64,000 nt of DNA. Origin: Lingula anatina (taxonomy: Eukaryota > Animalia > Brachiopoda). Below, in pieces: positions 38,340 to 49,711 of this stretch. The DNA lies in the NCBI GenBank assembly GCA_051362555.1, contig CM120642.1, forward strand, positions 5,084,001 through 5,148,000. Direction: 5' to 3'. Below the pieces are notes generated by a model. It was not told where the DNA came from. It was given only the letters and a program-made list of their open reading frames with translations, and did not search any database. Position numbers and translations under genes: made by a program. Position 1 is the first letter of the stretch. Each line of letters starts with the position of its first letter.

Positions 38340-38836
38340 TTTTTAATTGTATAAAGGTGTCATTTAAAAACGTCTTCCATAGTATGTACAGTTTCAATGT
38401 TTTCAAAGGCATTATGTTACAACTTGACTCAAGGCTACTTACACTACAAACTCAACCAGACATGTCTGTGGTACAGTTTAGAATTCATCATGTATTTTTG
38501 ATCTACATTAGAGTTACACAGCAATCAGGGGATTGATTCTTCACTGTGGGTTAACAGCATGTGGTCCAGCAATAAATATCTGACTGACTGCATTCAAGGT
38601 CTGTAGCCAAGGTCGGGACTGCTTACTCCACACAATGACGTATGTAATATGCATTTTGGATGTCAATTTCCTTCTTTTTCATGTGATATTTTGTTTATCA
38701 ATAAATTGATAAATAACATTTGAGACCTTCAATGAAAACAACCTTGAAGACAAGAATGAACAATTACAAAGTGTCTTTGGGGTGTTTTTAATGTGTAAAT
38801 GTATCACTGAATTCTTTTCTTTTTTGAAACAGAAGT

Positions 38837-39069
38837 TCAATTGCCCTCTTCCTCTTCCTCGCCTTCTTCCTCCTGTCCGCTATCTACTCCATTTTCTTCT
38901 TCCTCCTCATCCTCCTCATCACCATCTAGTTCCACAATATCATCATCATCACCCGCATTTTCAGTTTTTTCTTTGTCCTCATCTGCTGCTTCTGAGGACG
39001 CATTCAATTCTTTTTCTTTCTTTCGCTTTTCTGCAGCATCTTTTTTATTTTTCTGTTCTTTCCTGAATG
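38837..39069 (-). CDS. POLE3: DNA polymerase epsilon subunit 3 / CHRAC17, last exon (basic patch then acidic tail)
   Basis: tttag acceptor, phase 1, (A)FRKEQKNKKDAAEKRKKEK...EEEEEGN-stop, the typical POLE3 C-terminus. Spliced product is 167 aa. Confidence 0.93.
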
Positions 39070-39312
39070 CTAAATTTAAAAAAGGAAAATGTTCAATATT
39101 GGACAAAATGAATACCTTAACGTTAAGATATCTTAACACAAAGCTGGTTGATAAAAAAGAAAAGGATAATATTGTGCAGGACAAGGCAATTGTTTTTACC
39201 TAATTAAGTACTTTCTTCTGTGTTTGACATTATTTATGGTATTATTTATTGTGTATTTCATAAACAAATTCTACTTTTACAAATGGATACTTTGGAGATC
39301 AAGATATTGCAC

Positions 39313-39431
39313 CTTCTAGACTTTGTTGTAAAGACTCTGTGAAGCGCTCAAACTCCATGTCTGACATTGCTGATATCACGTCTTGTCCTGTCAGCGTCTT
39401 CCGCTTGGCTTTCATGGCAAAATTATTTGCA
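39313..39431 (-). CDS. POLE3: POLE3 coding exon 3
   Basis: (C)[39 protein letters not shown], histone-fold helix 3; AG/GT borders with compatible phases. Confidence 0.95.
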
Positions 39432-39775
39432 CTTATGAAAATAAGAGAGAGCATATCTATTTATTACAAAAATATAAAATTTCTCCCTTAAATTACATAT
39501 AATAATAATAATACAGTAAAGAAATAATAAAAATGTATTAATGAATGCTCCAGAAAACAACCCAGAAATAAATATGAAGGTCAAATAGAGAGATTTTTAA
39601 ATAAGTAACATTTTCAAAAAAGCAATCGTGCAAATAATTTGCTTAATATGAAAACATAATGTTATAAGTTTCATAATTTTTCTTTACACATAATGAAAGC
39701 TATCAAAAATCTTAAAAATGCTAAGCAAATTTACGTAAAATGGAGATAAAATAAATATCAAGAAAACCATAATAC

Positions 39776-39861
39776 CATGAGGTGGTATACAGCACAAAAA
39801 CACTGGCAGCCTTGGATATTGCCAATCTGGCATCTTTGGAAATATTCACTCCTTCTGGAAG
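39776..39861 (-). CDS. POLE3: POLE3 coding exon 2
   Basis: [29 protein letters not shown], the H2B-like (NF-YB class) histone fold; ttccag acceptor, gtatta donor. Confidence 0.95.
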
Positions 39862-40058
39862 CTGGAAAAGAACATACACCATACTGAAACATGTCCACCA
39901 TACAAAAATTGAGCATTACAAGAATAAAAACTCATCCAGAGATGATTCCTTTTCTCATCAAAATAAAATATCAACTTCAAGTCTTATATCCACATGGAAA
40001 AGCTATGTTTGTGAGTTAATTATCTATTCGAAAACCATTACGTGTAATATTTACGTAC

Positions 40059-40124
40059 TGCATCTTTGATAATTCTCGTCACCACGGCATTGGGGAGATT
40101 CAAGTCTTCTGGTCTTTCTGCCAT
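40059..40124 (-). CDS. POLE3: POLE3 coding exon 1
   Basis: [22 protein letters not shown] is the conserved POLE3 N-terminus; gtacgt donor. Confidence 0.95.
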
Positions 40125-40512
40125 TTTCTTCATTATTTAAAGAAAAAATTACAGCAATTTACATAATGAAACACGTAAGCTAATGAAATATCATTTTCCT
40201 GAAGTATTCACCAATGACAATAACAAGCAATGCAATAATGACGTTATATCATCAAATTTGTCAACCTAGGAGTTGGTAATTTTGTCGCATTGTCACAGGT
40301 CAGATACATACATGTACACATGACTGAAGTGAAGGTGGTAAACAAAGTTACAAACAAAGATAGTGGAAGGGATCCTAGTATTTTTATCTGTTTAGATTAG
40401 ACGTCCTACAAAACAATGTCTGTCCATTTGCCAGGTCAATATCATTGGTACATTTGTGCATTCGAACTCAAAAGATAAAAAATTAACATAAATAAAAGCT
40501 CACGTTGCTTAC

Positions 40513-40665
40513 CGCTTGTCCTAAACGGAAGTTAAGCGTATTTGGCGCGAGGCATGCGCATATTTAGTTCCGGTGTTTGGCGCAAGCGCAATGTCAGTTA
40601 GTGAATCGGCTTGGTGTAGTGCGGAAGAAATTTCGACAAATATTTAGGGTGGACTATTCACTTGG
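40513..40665. promoter_or_regulatory. Bidirectional CpG-rich promoter with the non-coding first exons of POLE3 (-) and CSNK2B (+)
   Basis: Outward-facing donors gtaagc (minus, 40512) and gtgagt (plus, 40666). Between them: ETS cggaagt (40526), E2F tttggcgc (40541 and about 40576), NRF1-like gcatgcgca (40552), ttccgg (40568). Confidence 0.7.
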
Positions 40666-41093
40666 GTGAGTGGAAGTTCGGTCGTTTGACTCTGAAAATG
40701 CATTTAACAGTTCTCTGACTATTGAGGAACACCAATATTGAAGTTTTTAAGTTGAAAGAAATGCGGTTTAAACTGTGTGTCGAAAATTCAGTAGTCCTTT
40801 TTCTCCGAAGTGCTTGGCAGCTGGGAGGAACAGTAAACGTAGATATACTACGTGAAAGATTTTATCGGCTCAAACTCATATTTCATTCTGAGTATGCGAA
40901 AAGAACTAGTGGCTCTTTTACGTCTTTTATATACCATCATCTGTCAATGTATGAATTTGTAATAAGATCCTACTTAAATAAAATGACTATTACTATCATG
41001 TCCAAGAATCGAGTCAATATCGAAAAGATTGCATGATTGTCATCAAAATAAATAGATATGATTCCATTCCCCTTCTCTTCTTCAGCCGACAAA

Positions 41094-41165
41094 ATGAGCA
41101 GCTCGGAGGAGGTGTCATGGATCTCTTGGTTTTGTGGACTTAGAGGCAATGAATTCTTCTGTGAG
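41094..41165 (+). CDS. CSNK2B: Casein kinase II beta subunit, coding exon 1
   Basis: [24 protein letters not shown], the conserved CK2-beta N-terminus; acceptor at 41085, gtaaat donor. Confidence 0.98.
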
Positions 41166-41328
41166 GTAAATTATGCTCCCTACAGTAAAGTTCAGTCAAG
41201 TTTACTGTCCTTACATTTTAAAAGGATTTTTGAACTAGGATTTACAGTGGTTAAATTAAACCGATATTCGTTATTGTTTGAACCAGCTTCTTTAAATAAA
41301 TAAATGAATTGTATGGTTTTGATTTCAG

Positions 41329-41431
41329 GTTGATGAGGATTATATTCAAGACAAATTTAACTTGACAGGGCTGAATGAACAGGTGCCCCACTATAGACAG
41401 GCTCTGGACATGATCCTGGACCTAGAGCCAG
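41329..41431 (+). CDS. CSNK2B: CK2-beta coding exon 2
   Basis: [34 protein letters not shown]; AG/GT borders. Confidence 0.98.
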
Positions 41432-41681
41432 GTGAGAATTAGCTCAAAATTTTTATATATTTTGCTCCCCTTTTTCCCTGCCTCCCTTGTATAAAAAGTT
41501 TGTTTGTTTTTGCTATAGAATCATATTTAGAAAAGGTAAAATGTCAATATTTAATATTGTCAATATATGAAAATCTTGCAAAAATCATGATTTAATTGGA
41601 CATTTTAGTGCTTTTGGCTATTATTTATAGAAAGAAAGTTGTAGTTATATCTCGTATTAAATTTGTCAAATTTATTTTCAG

Positions 41682-41797
41682 ATGATGAATTAGAAGACAA
41701 TCCAGGTACTAGTGATCTCATAGAGCAAGCTGCAGAGATGTTGTACGGACTCATACATGCCAGATATATCATGACAAATAGAGGAATAGCACAAATG
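41682..41797 (+). CDS. CSNK2B: CK2-beta coding exon 3
   Basis: [39 protein letters not shown], including the acidic loop; AG/GT borders. Confidence 0.98.
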
Positions 41798-42453
41798 GTG
41801 AGGAACTGTGCTTTCTAGTAATATAATGACTAATCAAAGCATAGCAAAAAGGGGTTAATGTTTTATGTAGCATTAGAAGTTAAAGGGATAATAACTCTTC
41901 GTATGAGATCTATATTTCACAATAAAAACCTTGTGAATAACTCACAGAAATATAATATATTCTGTTTTACCACAAAAACAGCAGTTATAGCTATTATTCT
42001 GATATCTGAGCTTGTCTTTAGACCACGTGACCTCCATTGAAGGCTATACTCTGTTAAAATCTCTTAAGAGATTTTAACAAAAAACCAAACTTTTTAGAAA
42101 AAAACCAGGGACTAACTTTGAATGTAAAAATGGATTCATTAACCATTGGTAAGTATGGGAAAATTGTTGTTTACTCCAGGAAAATTCATTTTTTGGCCGA
42201 AACGAAGAGTTATTATCCCTTTAATAGGTCACTTCAGGATTGTAGGAGTCTTTTGTTTGTGTGTTAGAGATGATTACGAAATTGGTTGTGTGTGATAAAA
42301 GATATTTTTGTGTGAAGATAAGCACTTGGAGGAAATTCACCAATTTTATTCCGTTCTCTTTACAATCATATACATCTGTGGTGCAAGCGAATTCATTGAG
42401 GTACCGATTTTTATGGCACAGTATGTTCAAATGGCAAAATATCCTTGTTTCAG

Positions 42454-42529
42454 ATTGAGAAATGGCAGCAGGGAGACTTTGGCTACTGTCCCAGGGTGTA
42501 TTGTGAAAATCAACCCATGTTACCAATAG
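42454..42529 (+). CDS. CSNK2B: CK2-beta coding exon 4
   Basis: [25 protein letters not shown], first half of the zinc ribbon; AG/GT borders. Confidence 0.98.
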
Positions 42530-42838
42530 GTAGGGCAAATAAAAAATAATTTGTTTTTGTTTTATTTCTTTTATTTAATTAAATAATTATAATTTTTTTT
42601 TGTGTGTGTGGGGGATGGGGGTGGGTGTTGTCAAACCAACTACATGCTAAATTGACCCAATAGCACTTTTATGATCAATCATACAACTGTATGTGACATA
42701 AACACAGGCCTTGGGTCAAGCGCCAGAAATTCCAAAATTGAAGCTGGAACTGTTACATTTATTCAGTAACTTGTCACCATTTCTGCTTTGGTAGATTCTT
42801 AGATACTGGCATCTTGAAGGGCTTGTAGACTTAGATTT

Positions 42839-42872
<34 letters not shown>

Positions 42873-43202
42873 TTTCATTATGAAGGCATAATTAGATTAT
42901 AAGGATGCTATAAACCTTTAAACAATGACCCCCCTGTTTCTCTGTAGAGTTTTTAAATCAACTCTGGTTAAGTTGATAGGAAAATATGTGAATTGTTATA
43001 ATGTGCCCTTTGTTTTTATACAGGTAAATTTTGTCTAAATATTTTTAAAATCACTAGAATCTGGAATTGTGGAACAGAAGTTATAATGAAAATATCTACG
43101 GAGTGAGTCTTCATATTTTAAGTCACTTGTAGAAGGTTACAGTGGCTTGTAAATACTTGTCAGTTCATTTCTGTACTTAATAAGATGAAATTTCTCCCTC
43201 AG

Positions 43203-43392
43203 GTTTATCAGATGTTCCAGGTGAGGCTATGGTAAAACTATACTGTCCAAAATGCCAAGATGTCTACACACCGAAGTCATCGCGGCACCATCACACCGAT
43301 GGCGCCTACTTTGGTACGGGGTTCCCACACATGTTATTCATGGTGCACCCAGAATACAGGCCGAAGAGACCAGCCAACCAATTTGTACCCAG
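43203..43392 (+). CDS. CSNK2B: CK2-beta coding exon 5
   Basis: [65 protein letters not shown]|gtatgt, ending in phase 2. Confidence 0.98.
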
Positions 43393-44559
43393 GTATGTTT
43401 TTTTTTTTTTTTCAATTTTCTTATGTGGTTTTCAAGTTTGCTGAGATTGATACTTTATCGCTATGCCAGAATCAAGCTTGTGTTTTTGAAATGTGGGGTA
43501 TGCGCTTAGTTAAAGACAGCTTTATATTTCATTTGTCCAAAAAAGGACACTTTGAACTATCACATAATTTAGAGGGAAGGTAGGTCTTCATCTATGATTT
43601 GGCTTTTTTGAATGCTAATTATTTTAGAATACAAATAATACCAGGACTGTCTTTTAAGTTGGTAGAACTGAAACTTGTGTTAGATGCTAAAAACAAAATC
43701 TTGTTTGATATCAGAAATCCCCTGGCATTATCCCTTATTTGCTTTTTCATTTATTATTTTGTATTTGAAATTGAGGCTTTAGATTGCGTAGTGCATTTAC
43801 ACCATGCCCTGTTATATTAAATTTTCCATTGCCAGATTAAAGAATTTTGTTTTGAAATTGTAAATTACTAGCATGATTGAACTGCGTGTAAAATAACAGT
43901 ATAAGATAAAGACAATTCAAATAGATAATTTGCACATGCACAGTTATCATTTTCCCTCCTAAGACAAAAAAGTGGATTATTATATTTCTCTGAAGAATGT
44001 CTCAGTCTTTAGCTGAAATTTTAAGGCAGTTCTCAAGGCAAGAGCAATATTCCTTCTCCATTTTTTCTTGCAAATTGTACTTTAATTTTTCCTTGTCATT
44101 TATGATATTAGTTTTATATTATTTTTTTCTGGAATATTTCTGGTCAAACAGATCCTTCTTCCACCTCTTCCCTCCCCCCCCCCCCCTGAAAAAAAAAAAA
44201 AAGGAAAAAAAACTTAGAAGAAATTGATTTAGAAAGAAAAACAATTTAATACTCTCCAGATCTGAGAGTTTCAAGTCACCACTTGAGAACACGGATCAAT
44301 GTTGTACTGCACTTGAGTCGTAATCTCTCCAATATGTCATATACAGCTCGTTAATTCCTGGAACTTGGCAATAAAAGACGAACCCATAGCTGGCAGGGAG
44401 CAGGTCTTCTTTTCACAAAACTGGGTGATAGCTTCTCATTGATCACTCTTGCTGTCTTGATTGATTTTAATGTTAGCATTAATTGTATGCTTTAAAAGTA
44501 TTTCCAACAACACCCATGGTCTAAGCTATCTGACCTCATGGACAAACTGTGTTCGACCA

Positions 44560-46028
44560 TTATTAGTACCACCAGCGTGTACGCTGGCGGTACTCATGGT
44601 TTTAGTCCCGACCCGTCTCGTCCGGCTCCGCCGGCTCTGCCAGCTCCGTTGGCTCCGCCGGCTCCACGTACTGGCGCCGGATACAAGTCACCGTTACCGC
44701 TTCTCCTCCTAGACCGCAATGACCCCTGTCCCCATCTCTTGGATTTAGGTCACATATAACCTCAACTTGAACCCCCAGGTTTTTTTGTCTCAGTCGGTAC
44801 ATTGACCTGGGCGTGCACTCCTTGAAATGCACCCTTGTCAAAATTTTTGAAAATTCAATGCCAATTATCTACCCTACGGAAGGAATTATGGGAAAATTTT
44901 CTACAGACGGCTATCCAAAAGTCATATGTGTAGATTTCAAATATGCCCTTGGATTTGACCTTTGACCTTTATTTCAAGGTCAAACGGGCCAAAATTTTCA
45001 AAAAAATGAAATTTTTTACGAAAAAAAATATTATTTGCACTGTTATTCAGACACTACACAGACTTAACCAATAATTATATTGGAAAGGGTTACCCTTTGG
45101 GTCATCTTTCATCTCTGTGAATTTGGGGTCAATCAGTGCATTTTCACAGGAGTAGCGGCCATAAAATACCGAAAATGAAAACTGTCTCTAATTCGGGAAC
45201 CGTTAATGCTAGCGACCCGTTCTTTTTTGCATTTTGTAGAGCATGTAAAGCCCAACACTGAGAGTGGTCTCCGTTTTTTTGTATTTCATACGGTTTTCAT
45301 GTTATGCTGTATTAAAAAGTACTTTGTGGTGGCACATTTTTGTAACTCAGAATTGTAACATTTAGTCCCTTATATCTCCAAAACTGGCAGAGATAGGTCA
45401 ATAGTTATTATTTAAGTTGAATAGGAAGTCATTTACTTGCAATCTAGAAGTGAGCTTGAAATTGACCTTTGACCTACTTTTCACCATGAACTGAACTTTG
45501 CAAATTTTTGTTCCCTTTTATCTCCAAAACTGGCAGAGATAGGTCAATAGTTACTATTGAACTTGAATAGGAAGTCACATACTAGCAATTTAACAGTGAC
45601 CTTAAAATTGACCTTTGACCTACTTTTCACCATGAACTGAGCTTTGCATATTTTCTTGCCTCTCATATCTTTAAATCTAGCAGAGATGTGCCCATTGTTT
45701 CCCCTAGGTTTTCTCTTTTGTCAGCATATATGCACCATTGACAACACATTTCAAGGAAAACCAATAGGCCTTTTGTCTAGAGAATACAGTAGTGAGCAAG
45801 GGTAGGAAAATGCAAGTCAATTTGAAAATCTGCTTGATTGTATCATTTTTAGTTATATTTTTTGCATATTTTGAGAACTCTTGTTGATTGCATCTTATAG
45901 AGCTTGTCAAACACCAGACTGGTGATGGTGTCCCTTTTAGGAGGGGGGGGGGGGGTCCATACGAATGCGCTTACTCCAGCTGGTGGTACAATATCTGGAG
46001 GCGGTATCGCCTCTCTGATCCTCTAGTT
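44560..46028 (+). mobile_element. Helentron-associated non-autonomous element (HINE/DINE-1-like) in the last CK2-beta intron
   Basis: 5' tt, subTIR gtaccaccagc (44566-44576) within a 5' hairpin (44565-44594), ccggctccg microsatellite, internal ~146-bp tandem repeats, 3' subTIR gctggtggtac (45979-45989), hairpin gaggcg-gtat-cgcctc (45998-46013), end ctagtt. Confidence 0.8.
45361..45690. repeat. ~146-bp tandem repeat, about 2.3 copies, inside the HINE-like element
   Basis: tatctccaaaactggcagagataggtcaatagtta at 45373 and 45519, partial at about 45666; each unit has ttgacctttgacctacttttcaccatgaactga. Confidence 0.9.
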
Positions 46029-47806
46029 TAGAAGACAATTTATTTAGAAATTCTCTCAGCTTGAGGTCATACAATTTTATGATCCTGCCAGATGTAATAT
46101 TGAACTGACTGCAAATTTCCAAGCCTGTATTTGCTGGATTGATCGTGTGAAAAAATCTTTGATGACCTCCCTGTCCAAAAATAGAAAGTAAAATGAAAAT
46201 TAGTTTATGAAGTTAAGCAGAATATTGTAAGCTCCTAATACACTCCCCCCAGGGTGACCCCCCACCCCCACCCCCACCCCCACTTTATCAATCTGTATAT
46301 TTTATCTACAGTCTGTTTGACCAGAATATTGATTGTAATGGGTCCTGTCTCACAAAAGAATTTAAGTTAAAGTTGTTTGAAGCTAAGCCTGCTTAGAATT
46401 TGTAGCCAACAACATTTCACTAAAAATCTTAAAAGATGTTTACTTTATTTTTTTAAAAGTTTACTCACACTGGTGACTAGAGCCTATGAAGGGATGATAG
46501 CTGAATATTGTGTGGACAAAATGTTTATGAAATGCTTGAAGACAGTGTGAAGTTGGGGTTCTCCAGTTGGCTATCCAAGTTAAGCAGTCTTAGAAAATCC
46601 AAAAGCCTAAGTTCTTTATTGAGACAAGTTTAGTTCCACAAAAGGAGTTTAGACAGACAGTTGGTCTAAACTGGGTGATTGAATATTTTAGTCTACTTCC
46701 ATTTAGGAGAAATTCATACTAGTCCACTGAAGAAGAAACTTCAGATTTGAAACCCATTTAGAACTATTTAAAAAAACTAGTGGGTGCAATATCACATATG
46801 AGTGGACTATGACTGATTGATCTCAAATAAAAGTAGACGTTAATTTTGGTCTTAAAGTTTAGAACAATTTTTAGTCTGTAGTTCTTTTGTAGAACTGCCC
46901 TATCATCATCTTGGTCTTTTTTATAATATTTTTGTATGTGCATGGTATCGGTGAAGGGCTCTCCTTATCCAGCTGACTGAATAGTAGTGGTCTTTTATTT
47001 TAGAAACCCTCTTCTATATGGACATTGAAATACCATACAGCTGTTTCTGACCATTAAAATCCACTAGCACTTGAAACCAACAATATATCCAAAGCATCTT
47101 CAAAATAAATCGCCCTGGAAATGTGTCGGGTTTAAGTCCAAAATTTAAATTTAAATAATTTGGTATGAAATGAAACTTTTTTGAAAGACCTAACTTTGTA
47201 CTGTATTTATGTTATGGACATGAACATCTATATTTTAAATTATATTTTCCTTTCTTTGCTGCTTGGAAAGTGAAGTTTTTTATAGTTTATCAAAATTGAT
47301 TAACAGAATTTGGCTTGAGGACTGATTGAAATTATACTGCTGAGTAAAGAAGCATGTGTTGCTTCAAATGGATTTCTTTAAAAAATATCTTGTATACATT
47401 TGGCTTGAGTATTTGGAGGAAAGATGATACTGCGGCTGTTGTTTTTTGAAGTGCTCTTCCAGAAATTGTCATGAGGGGGATGGTTGGTTGGCACACACAA
47501 AAAAAAAAAAAAAGAAAGAAAAAAGAAAAATTGTCAGGAAAAATATACTCATGCAAGTTTTTAAGTCATCCATGTGAAAGCCCTAATGCAAAGCTGAAAT
47601 CTTACAAACTCACAGGTTGGCTTCTCCAATACTGTAGAAATGTAAAGGGCATGTTTTAGCCACTGAAAAAATGATAAAGTTTACAAGGGAAAGGGAACTG
47701 CTAGACAGTTTCAGTATTGCCAGCCAGCCACCAGTTTCCCCTCCATGTGTGTAAAAGACTGTTTTTGGATCGGCAAGTGATTGGTGTTCTTCCTATATCA
47801 TTGTAG

Positions 47807-47912
47807 GCTGTATGGGTTCAAGATCCATCCCCTGGCTTATCAGCTTCAGTATCAGGCAGCAGTTAACTTCAAACTACCCATGCGGGGAATGTACAACAAC
47901 GGCAAACGCTAA
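47807..47912 (+). CDS. CSNK2B: CK2-beta last coding exon, proximal variant (220-aa isoform)
   Basis: ttgtag acceptor, phase 2; (R)[37 protein letters not shown]. Confidence 0.95.
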
Positions 47913-48066
47913 CCACCACCACCACCACCACCACCACCCATGTCAATGTATCTCCTAATTTCTACTACTACAACTACAACTAGCATCCTATGGGAAGTAC
48001 TTACTACTACTACTACTACTACTACTATTACTACTGCAACTACTACTACTACTATTGCAACTACTA
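47913..48066. repeat. (CCA)n and (ACT)n trinucleotide tracts at the start of the CK2-beta 3' UTR
   Basis: ccaccacca.. at 47913-47938 and actactact.. at about 48003-48066. Confidence 0.85.
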
Positions 48067-49175
48067 CATGTATTCTGTTGATGCACATGTTTCAGAGCTT
48101 TGTACTTCAGTGTGTTCTATTATTGTTTTTTATGCTGGCATTATATGGCACATAGCATATGTTTAGACAGGAGCAGGAATTGAATGCATTTTGTCCTGTT
48201 CTGCAAGACTTTGTTTAATGCTGCAGCATGTGTTGCCTTTTGTTAAAATGCAGAAGTTGCTGGAAAATATGACTGAGTTATTACCAAGCATACTATAGCT
48301 GGGTTTAAAACTAGTATAAAAGTTTCTGGTACATGTGTGGGTAATGACATCAGTTCTGTGCATAGTTATTAATGGACTGACCAGAAATGTGAATTAGCCA
48401 CAAATATCTGTGAATATTTAACTTGAAAAAAAAAAAAAAAAAAAAGGGAAAAGAAACTCACTGCAGCGTTGGCAGAGTGCAGTGTGCGTAAATGATAAGC
48501 ACACTTCAATATACGCAGCTTTTACCGAACAAGAGAACAATTTTGCAAGCTTTTGTTGTCTTAAGTTGCTGTTATTGCTCGCGTCAATTAAACATCGCAG
48601 TCCAGATGCTTCATTACTAGAATGGGTAAAATTGTCACTTTGGTCATTATTTAGATCAATATTTATGTTGCACTTGACTTACAACACCCAAAAAAGGCCT
48701 TGTCTTTAACAAAATTACATGGGGGAAGAACAGTTGTTAGCAGTGGCTTAACAGAAGACATAATAATGATAATAAACATACTGATGCCCCTAAAAACTGA
48801 CTTCATACAACACCTAGTTCTGGTGTGATTGATGGCTTAATTGCAATCTAACGTATGCAACACTGCCAAATGCTAAATGTGCTTAATTAAAGCCTCAGTT
48901 GAGGATTCCAAGGACAGTGAGGGGCCTTTTCACATCGAGCTCTCTAACTTTGCGTTTCATCTTCAGAAATCTGTTTTGAGAGGTGTTGCTATGTAATAAT
49001 GCTACAAGGTAATTCACTCGCTTCTTGTTGTTTGGGTTTGAAAAATTATACCTGAGGCATATGTTTTTTAATATAACAAAGTGTAAATATGCAGGAAAAT
49101 AATCAAAAGGTCAGTGGAAAGAAATTAGCTGCTGTTTGTTTATTGGCAGGGTAGAGAAGGGAAGTTTTGTCTTGG

Positions 49176-49206
<31 letters not shown>

Positions 49207-49665
49207 GCATGATAGCTGGTCTATTATGCTGCTGATCTTTCATAATAGAAATCTGATGAGGGAATGCTTAAATAGGGCACTTGATGTGAAAAGGCATTAA
49301 CATACTATAAGGATTTGGAAACAAGAAATCTTGTCAAAACACTGTGCACCATATTACTAGTAAACAAGGTATTTTATGGTTCAGCAGGATAAATTTTAAC
49401 CTTTTCAGTATTTTGAATATAAAAAAAACAGCTGATATTACCAATTATCCCATTTGATTATCATTTGTATTAATTTTTATTTTATTATTTTATCTAAGTT
49501 ACACATAATCTATTTATTCAGTTTTTAAATCAGAATGAAAAAGAGGCATTATACTTCAAAATGCAGCTTGTGTCACCTAATTTATGAATTAATCCATTGT
49601 TTTATTATTTAAATACAATGTCATTGTATTTTTTTGACATAAAGTCACTCAAAAGATGACACATT

Positions 49666-49711
<46 letters not shown>

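Noticed and set aside
38782-39203. Plus-strand Ser-rich and His/Pro-rich ORFs
   Set aside because: Antisense shadows of the POLE3 acidic tail.
44461-44841. Pro/Ala-rich ORFs (PAPPALPAPLAPPAP)
   Set aside because: Translations of the microsatellite in the HINE-like element.
45361-45690. CRISPR-like appearance of regularly spaced repeats
   Set aside because: Units are full ~146-bp tandem copies without unique spacers; the context is eukaryotic and there are no cas genes.
44250-46170. Possible minus-strand coding exon interrupted by the HINE-like element
   Set aside because: Joining the flanks gives stops in all three frames and no recognisable motif.
47940-48155. Thr-rich ORF after the CK2-beta stop, considered as possible readthrough
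   Set aside because: It derives from the (ACT)n microsatellite in the 3' UTR, and TAA is not a leaky stop codon.
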